Assembly: GCF_043381705.1 (NCBI RefSeq)
Contig: NC_092214.1
Coordinates: forward strand, 2,654,579 to 2,696,283
Source: Parasteatoda tepidariorum
Lineage: Eukaryota
DNA: 41,705 nucleotides
Direction: 5' to 3'
Both the position numbers and the translations under genes were made by a program. The stretch's first letter is position 1. The number at the start of each line of letters is the position of its first letter. The notes below the pieces were generated by a model that did not search any database, was not told the DNA's origin, and saw only the letters and a list, made by a program, of their open reading frames with translations. Of the stretch, positions 34,852-41,705 are shown piece after piece.

Positions 34852-36098
34852 CAGTGGTACCTCGAGATACGAGTGCCCTAACATACGAGTTATTTGAGAT
34901 ACGAGCTGTCGAGCAAGCAAAGTTTTGCTTTGAGATATGAGGAACGGCCATGCAAGCCCTTCTCGTCCTCGGCAATGCTCCTGCTCACCCACCAAGTCTC
35001 GAACAGGACATCCTCGAAGATTTCACGTTTATAAAGTCACGTATATACCACCTAACACCATTCCTATCCTGCAGCTCATGGATCAGCAGGTGATTTCTAA
35101 TTTTAAAAAGCTGTACAGTAAGCACCTGTTCTGGCACTGCTTTGAGGTGACAGAGAACACAAACCTCACCCTTCAAGAGTACTGGAAGGACGACTTTAAC
35201 ATCGTGATGTGCCTCAAAATTATTGATCAGGCCTGGCTGAGTGTTACAACGAGGACCTTGACCTATGCATGGAAAAAGCTGTGGTCTGTAGCTGAAAATT
35301 GTGCTGTCGCCTGAGTCTGTAGCTTCGAAGGATTCGAACCCGAAGTGCCAGTGGAGGTGGAAATAGTGTCTCTTGGAAAATCCATGAACCTGGTGATGGG
35401 TGAGAGAGATGTGAACGAGCTCGCCGAGGAACACTCTCAGGAACTGACGACCAAGGAATTACAAGAGTTACAGTCGCAGCAGCATTCAGGGGTTCTGCAA
35501 GAAATTGGTTTCGAGGAAGAGGTGGAGGAGGTTATCTCTACAAGTGAGATAAAAGAGTTCTTGGGAATGTGGGAGAGAATTTCACTGTTCGTGGAAAAGG
35601 AACACCCCGAAAAAGTTGCAACTGGTCGTACATCGGAGCTATTCAATGACACTTGCCTAACTCATTTCTGCAGCATTCTAAAAAGGAGGGGAAAAAAACC
35701 TCCTTCGACAGTTTTTTTTTATCCGGCTAAAAAAGCAAAAACCAGTGAAGAGAAAAGCAGTCACTAAAATTAAGCATACAGTAGCATTTAAGTTGTGTGT
35801 AAGTTGCATTTAAGTGACCAAAATACAAATATGTATGTACACTTTGTAAAACCAGTTTTTTTTTTTTTGCTTTAAATTTTCTTTTATTATGCTTTTATAC
35901 AATATTTGTCATTTATAAATACATTTTTCTTATCCAAAAACACGTAACAAAAACAATTGGGGGTAGCATTTTTTGGGCTGGAACGGATTAATGGCATTTC
36001 TATTAATTTCAATTGGGAAAATTACTTTGAGATATGAGCAAATTGACATACGAGCTAGGTTACGGAAGGAATTAAACTCGTATCTCGAGGTATCACTG
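34852..36098 (+). mobile_element. Internally deleted Tigger/pogo-family element (~1.25 kb) with 23-bp TIRs (cagtggtacctcgagatacgagt, and cagtgatacctcgagatacgagt as reverse complement). A TA follows the 3' end.
   Basis: The TIRs match at 22 of 23 positions. Internally, the + strand ORFs 34937-35314 and 35345-35767 encode the distal part of a DDE_1 domain (IPPNTIPILQLMDQQVISNFKKLYSKH) and a Tigger-type acidic C-terminal region. Confidence 0.75.
34937..35767 (+). pseudogene. C-terminal third of a Tigger/pogo DDE_1 transposase, in two frames.
   Basis: PPNT.S.LQPMDQGVI..FK..Y-like motif, followed by a Glu-rich tail (EEVEEVISTSEIKEFL). The N-terminal HTH and first catalytic residues are absent. 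Confidence 0.7.
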
Positions 36099-36432
36099 TA
36101 TTCATATATAATATTTTAGAAAAGTTTCTGGCTAAAAGCTTAAGAAGTTGGACGCTTTTAGCACCAATTATGTTTGTATTGTCACCTGAAACTTTTACCT
36201 CTAGAAAATCATATCAACTAATCATTACTATTAAGAATTTAACATTTTCTTACCTAATCTATGATGATCAGTTGATCACACTTGCTAAAAAGATTACCCC
36301 ACATTATATCATCAAAATCAGAGATATATACAATTTTTAATAGTAAAAAGTATTTTTTTTTTCGCTTTAATTGTTTATAGATTTTAATTTAGTTTTCTAT
36401 AATTTTTTTAAGTAAGCAATTTGAAATTTTCA

Positions 36433-36542
36433 GATGCCCAGTGAATTGTATTGATCATCACCCATATAAGCAACAAGTTACTTGTGGTTTGTGGAACAGC
36501 TGCATTGAAGTGTGGGATACAGTTAGTCTAAAGAAAGTATTT
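36433..36542 (+). CDS. Host gene exon encoding a WD40 repeat segment (CPVNCIDHHPYKQQVTCGLWNSCIEVWDTVSLKKVF).
   Basis: Acceptor gaaattttcAG at 36431-36432 and donor TT|GTAAGT at 36543. IEVWD is a WD-repeat terminus. Confidence 0.55.
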
Positions 36543-37134
36543 GTAAGTTGTTAAGCTTATCTATATGTTGTTAGAATTTATATTTGCTGTTTACTCTGAT
36601 GATTTTAACCATTGCATTATAATGGACTTAGGACAGCTTATGTTAGAAAATGAGCTAAAATATATTTGAAATAGTTTTGGAAGAATTTAATACAAAGAAA
36701 AGTTTTATGAAAACAGTAGTTTGTTGCTGATATGGTAACTTATTTTTATCAGTTAATTCATTTCTTCGAGTAAGGGGAGCATGGGAGGTTTAATCAACCC
36801 TATCTTTTTCATACATAAATATTATTTAGCTGATGAGCACCAAATTTGAGAAATTGCCTTTTGTTTCTGTCTATTATTTGCAAGTAATTTGCGAGTAAAA
36901 TAAATCAAGGAGAAATAATTTGGTGATATAATTTTTTTTTTTTTTGGAAAAAAGTTATTTTTTCATAACTCTTTTCTGTACCATCTGTCATAACGGAAAG
37001 CAAAACATTCATTCGATTCAATTATTTACTATAACATTATAATTCGTTATTTACTGTAACTTTTTATTTGTAATATTTTGTTTTTCAAAAAGGTTAAGAG
37101 AGGTCTGACCTATCATACCAAATCCGTGATTTTA

Positions 37135-39163
37135 ATTACCGTATTTTTCAGCGAAAGCGCCGCACATCGATAAAAATAAAATTTTTTAAAAAAAAAGTTA
37201 TAGTAAGCGCCGCAATGACGCTAAACCGCGCATATCAGCATCCTTTTAGAAGAGACCTTTAAATTACCATTTAGAATATCTGCATAAAAAAAATAAAAAA
37301 AATTTATGCATTTCATAAAGTAAAGTTCTAATTTCTAATTATAAATTTCTTTTTCAGCAAAAAAAAAGCAACAAAAAAAGAAAACAGAACAATATAAATA
37401 AAGCACCGCGCCAAAAAGCAGAAGAACAGCAAAAAAATATTTATATGTTCAGTAGCTGAATTAACGCTGAACTGATTACAGAAACCCGTAAAACAATGTA
37501 ATAAGAAAAATAAAATAAAAATTTATTAAAAGAAAGATTTTAAAATTTATTACCGTTAACAATTTGAGGAAAAACTAATACATAATAATGAAACAGCTAA
37601 TAATAACGAAATAACTAATAATAACAAGAATAAGAAATAACTAAGCAGGCCCCAAAAAAATTCTGAAGGAATGAGCGAAGGGGAAATAAGTTTCACTTTC
37701 ACAATCTTTGAGGGTGGAATTTTAGTGGGTAGAATGCCCTCTCCTTCAATGGAAATAACCCAATGTGACTCAACTTAGAAAGAGAGAAGAAAATGTTTAA
37801 AAGAGGGGTGTACCCCACCTCCTCCACGTGTCATTTCTATTGGAGCTGTTTAGGAGGAATCAATCAGTTATATTTTAAAGGGGTTGGGGAAAAGAAAAGG
37901 GTATGGGACCCCTAATCCAGCATTCCAAAATTCGGCACTTAATCTGATCTAATCTTTTTCTTTTTTTTTTTAAGAAATTTATATTGATAAGACAAAAAAA
38001 ATCAGCTATATTCTTTTTATTTGGAATTTTATTCTGTTGAAGTAACTTACTTTATTTTATCTTTTAAAAATAAAAAAGCAGCTTGAAAAAAAAAATCTGT
38101 GTCAAAGGAAACATCTGTTTCTTAAGCAGTTTAAAATAAATTGAGAAGTAAAAACATCTGCATTTCCAATGAACAAAATAAAGAAATGCAAGTTGGAAAA
38201 AACTGATCAATCAATCTTGACAGCTAGGCTTGCACTTTACTGATTCGCCCCCAATTCTCCCTCCTCTGTTTGACCATAAATTGGCCACACCCAGTTGACA
38301 TTGAAACTACCATGTAGACAACAAAATGAATTCTATCCCTTTTGCGGTTTTTTATTCGATTTATTAATTTTTTATTTTGCCGCTTTTTATTAGTTATTAA
38401 CTGCTAATTTGTTTTTTTTCTTGTTAATAGTTGTTTGCTTGTTTTTTTATTTTTTATCTTTATTAGTTTTTAGCTTGTTTTTTGCTTGTTCTTAGCATTA
38501 ATTGTTACATTTTTTTTTTTGTAGTTTCTTGTTAGCTTTTTTTTTTCATGCGAGATTAGCCTCTTTTGTTAAAACAAAATGTTATCTAAAAGAAAAAACG
38601 AGAACTATGATCTTGCTCCAAAGAAGAAACGATTATGTCTTCTTCATAGGATTCGGATTATTTCTTCTTGATTATATTATATAGATTAGTAAAATTTCTT
38701 AAGATGGGCCAGTTTTAAATTCACCCCATCATAATCTACGATCGAAACTTGACTAAATTTATTGGTTTTTCTGAAATTAACAGTGGAATTGAATTATAGT
38801 AATATTTGGGGGCCATATTGGAATTTCCGAAAGAGATCCGAAGTTCGGCATTTCGTCAGTCCCGTGAGTGTTGGATTTAGGGTCCTATTACTTCCTTTTC
38901 TGTTCGCTCAAATTACAATTGCCGATGTTCTGCAGCAGATCGCGATACCGGCGAATATTTCGTCGACTTCGTTATTAATTTTTTTTAATAGTCTTTCTCT
39001 CAGAAAATTATTTAATCTTAAATAACTTTCCTTGAAAAAATTTTTTGCTACTAAAAAATATTTCGTCGGAAGCGCCGCTGCATCGGAAGCGCCACATGTA
39101 GGAAAAAAACAACTTTTTTTTCCATAGCGCCGCGGCGCTTCCGCCGAAAAATACGGTAATCCC
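37135..39163. mobile_element. Non-autonomous TIR element of unassigned family (~2.0 kb). It has 29-bp TIRs (attaccgtatttttcRgcgRaagcgccgc) and GC-rich subterminal direct repeats ((a/g)aagcgccgc, aatatttcgtcg).
   Basis: The 5' end 37135-37163 matches the reverse complement of 39135-39163 at 27 of 29 positions. Additional aagcgccgc copies lie at ~37208, ~39070 and ~39085. The interior is A/T low-complexity with no ORF. No clean TSD is discernible. Confidence 0.55.
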
Positions 39164-39329
39164 AATCAGGATTTTCAGCCCTGTAAAATTGAAAGTCAAA
39201 AGAAGAAAAAATTAAACAAAAAAACTTTGCAAAATATTTAGATGAGATTGAGTGACTGACAGGAAATAATAGAATTGTTATCAAATTGTTTAGTTAAAGG
39301 AAGAATAGAAGAATATTTTTTCCTAAAGT

Positions 39330-39545
39330 GCACGATTTCAATCATTATCAAAAATACTATTAAAGATGATCTAAAAGAAATTGTTATACTGTTGTAAACA
39401 AAATGTATTGCATAAGTTAGAGAAATGTGAAATGTCGAGAAGATTTGTCACTATATTTTCTGCAATTCTTTTGGAGTATTCCTCAACTGCAAGAAATTAT
39501 GAAATTTAAAAAAAAGCTTAAATAAACTTACCGAAGTAGAACTTA
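39330..39545. repeat. Second copy of the dispersed repeat seen at 31925-32170.
   Basis: ~90% identity over the ~55-bp core, with flanking similarity. Confidence 0.65.
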
Positions 39546-40349
39546 ATATTAGATAACATCAGAAAATCTAACGTTATCATGCACACCTTTATAATACTAG
39601 AAAGATACAAAAAATCGCTCTTTTCTCTGCATTATATACCATTAGATTTTAAACAAACTAATATTATCTACCATTCGCCATAGCATTATTTTGCATTGAT
39701 TTTGATGCTATATAATATTAGATTTTGTATTTCTGTTGCATTTTATTTTTAGAGTAAGCAAGGGGAAGATTTGGATGGTAGTAGAATAATTCAGCAATAT
39801 AATTTATTTATTTCCTGTATTGTTGTGAAGCAGTAAGACATGGAACAATAGTTTCATAATGTCATTCCACACATTATTTACTTAGCTATACAGAAAAGCT
39901 AAATAAAATTACAATACTAAGTTCTGCAACCATTAATTTTCCTCTCTCTTATTATAAAGTATATTTTGCGTCCAGTAAATTTTTTGGAATAAATATTTCA
40001 AATATAATTAAGAAATAGTACTTGAGTTGCCTAAACTGTTATTGATATTTTTTTCTGTTCTTTATACAATGTATACTTTATACAATTATTTTTATTAAGG
40101 ATCATGATCTATTAGAATTCGTAAATTACAAAAAAAAAACACTTATAAATTTTAGAATTTTGTGTAAAACATAACTAAGAAGAAAGCTGTTTTAGGAAAC
40201 TTGTTTTTTTGTTTACATTCAGTGAACCATCCATTGAAGAATTTTGATTCATATAAAGAAAACTGTAATGAAGGCTTAGGGCTTAGTGGTAATTAATTGA
40301 AATTGTTAACAATTTGTATTTGCTGATTTATGTTTTGTTTGTCTTCTAG

Positions 40350-40469
40350 ACTGCTAAAAGTCATTGTGGCTCTGTTAAATCAATAGTTTATTCTTCTGAT
40401 GGTGTTAACATAATCTCTTCTTTTATTAATTCTGACATTGTCATTTGGTCTGCAGAAGAAGGGTTAAAG
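40350..40469 (+). CDS. Host gene exon encoding a WD40 repeat (TAKSHCGSVKSIVYSSDGVNIISSFINSDIVIWSAEEGLK).
   Basis: Acceptor tgtcttctAG at 40348-40349 and a perfect donor AAAG|GTAAGT at 40470. The H...V..I..S.DG..I.S...D..I.IW pattern is WD40. Confidence 0.6.
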
Positions 40470-41004
40470 GTAAGTATGTTTTTGTAATTGATTAACTAAT
40501 AGTACTTTTTTTAATATAGTATTTTTTTAATGTCATGTAAAAGAATTCTTGAGAATGTATTACAATTGTTCTCACTTACTTCCATATCGGATAATTTAAT
40601 AATCAGCTTATAAAAACAAAATTTAGTAAATTTATGTGAAACAAATTTTAAATGTTACTTCTTCACTAAATTGCATAATGAAGAGAAAAAATGATTTTCT
40701 TAAAGAAATGTTTTATTAGCTTGAGGGTAATTTTCCATTTTTCAGTTAGGAAAAAAATATTTTACGTAGTTATTTTAATGGGAGCTTATTCATTGTAGCT
40801 CCTAACAAGTGTCAGGGGGCAATTGAAGAATTAGAAGTCATATAGTAATCATGGGAGATTACCTTTCTTTGACCCTATTCACCATTTAACATTTTTTATT
40901 TAGTTATTTTCTGGGGGCCAATTTGTCAAAGCATTTTCCATTTCTACATGATTAAAAAAATTATATGTGAAAATTTACTTTATTGGTGTAGGGTATCTAC
41001 TACT

Positions 41005-41110
41005 ACAAAAATACAATTCCAATTCACTAGTATATAAGACATGTTAACTCGATTCTATGTTGGGGGGCCTTTATATAGATGAGTGTTGACATTGTCAATA
41101 ACTTCTCACC
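41005..41110. repeat. Second copy of the dispersed repeat seen at 26930-27065.
   Basis: Shares the cactagtatataagacatgttaac core. Confidence 0.5.
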
Positions 41111-41269
41111 CCACAATTGGCTCATTTTGTATTTTTGGCACAGAAAGCACAAACATTTTTTCTCTATGTTCATCGATCATCAAATAAAAAGTTTTAGTTA
41201 GTTTTCTATCTCAATTTGGATAATAGCTAGTAAATTGGAAGAAAAGTAGTTTCTTTTTCTGAAATTACC

Positions 41270-41640
41270 AAATCTATTTTACTTTATTGTAGCGAATGTC
41301 AAACTTTCAGAAGGGCATTCAGAACATTATCTTCCTTCTCAATTAAATTTCAGAGGAAAATAAAGTTTTCAATTAGGAAAATAGATTTAAAGTCGAAAAT
41401 GAGAGTTAAATATTAATTTTACTTTATTTTTGCGAATGTCTGAATTTCAGAAGGGGTGAAGTATATTCTTCGCCCCATCACTTTAATTTAAGAGGAAAAT
41501 AAAATTGTCTTTTTGGAAAATAGTTTACACAATTTTGCCCCTCTTACTTTTATATCAGAAGAAAATAAAGTTTTCGACCCCCTCACTATAATTCAAGAGG
41601 AAAATGAAGTTCTCGATTTGGAAAATAGCGTCGAAGTTTT
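41270..41640. repeat. Tandem repeat of about three units with a ~110-135 bp period. Its core is ...c(c)cc.tcac(t)t.aatt.aagaggaaaat(a/g)aagtt.tc.atttggaaaatag.
   Basis: Three successive units begin near 41276, 41408 and 41545, with clearly homologous subsegments (e.g. 41335-41385, 41472-41524 and 41577-41630). The array runs off the window edge. Confidence 0.6.
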
Positions 41641-41705
41641 AAGCAACAATTTTTTTTCTAAAATTTTCAACTTTACTTGATTTTATTCTATTAATGTCTA
41701 AATTT

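Noticed and set aside
34985-35652. Minus-strand ORFs (149 aa and 71 aa) within the Tigger-like element
   Set aside because: Antisense to the recognisable transposase C-terminal fragment, with no motif content.
38502-39284. Several 60-90-aa ORFs on both strands inside the 37135-39163 element
   Set aside because: Low-complexity T- or A-rich translations, overlapping on both strands, with no domain-like sequence. The element is treated as non-coding.
1-41705. Possibility of a prokaryotic defence or other operonic 'system' (CRISPR, toxin-antitoxin, etc.)
   Set aside because: There are no long uninterrupted genes apart from a transposase, and no direct-repeat/spacer arrays. Composition, microsatellites, GT-AG introns, WD40 exons and eukaryotic TE families (Tc1, mariner, pogo, piggyBac-like, BEL/Pao, jockey-like) all indicate a eukaryotic nuclear locus.

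Overview
This window reads as eukaryotic nuclear DNA, probably arthropod-like, at roughly 70-75% AT. It is not a prokaryotic locus: there are no long contiguous genes, CRISPR arrays or operons. Its backbone is a single + strand protein-coding gene built from short exons with canonical splice sites (polypyrimidine tract plus AG acceptors; GTAAGT, GTATGT or GTAATA donors). The C-terminal exons each encode one WD40 repeat ending in a ...LW / ...VWD / ...IWS signature. Between exons lie 2-8 kb introns packed with transposable-element copies, most of them dead or non-autonomous. From 5' to 3' these are: a young GC-rich Tc1 element with an intact ORF but a D-to-Y change at the second catalytic residue (1383-2612); a jockey-like LINE 3' fragment (~3545-3700); an internally deleted mariner sitting in a (TATG)n microsatellite (5451-6392); a decayed BEL/Pao pol remnant (6564-9185); a near-palindromic foldback derivative of a mariner-like element (12208-13113); a frameshifted pogo/Tigger element on the - strand (17329-20001); a pogo-derived MITE-like element (25580-26392); a putative 4.6 kb non-autonomous piggyBac-like element flanked by TTAA (30099-34703); an internally deleted Tigger-like element (34852-36098); and a ~2 kb element of unknown family with 29-bp TIRs and GC-rich subterminal repeats (37135-39163). 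There are also several dispersed low-copy repeats, short tandem duplications, a (CT)n and (TATG)n microsatellite, and a ~120-bp-period tandem repeat at the 3' edge. I see no evidence for a defence system or any other prokaryote-style 'system'. The points of interest are transposon biology and gene-structure annotation. All coordinates were read by eye from the sequence and may be off by a few bases.
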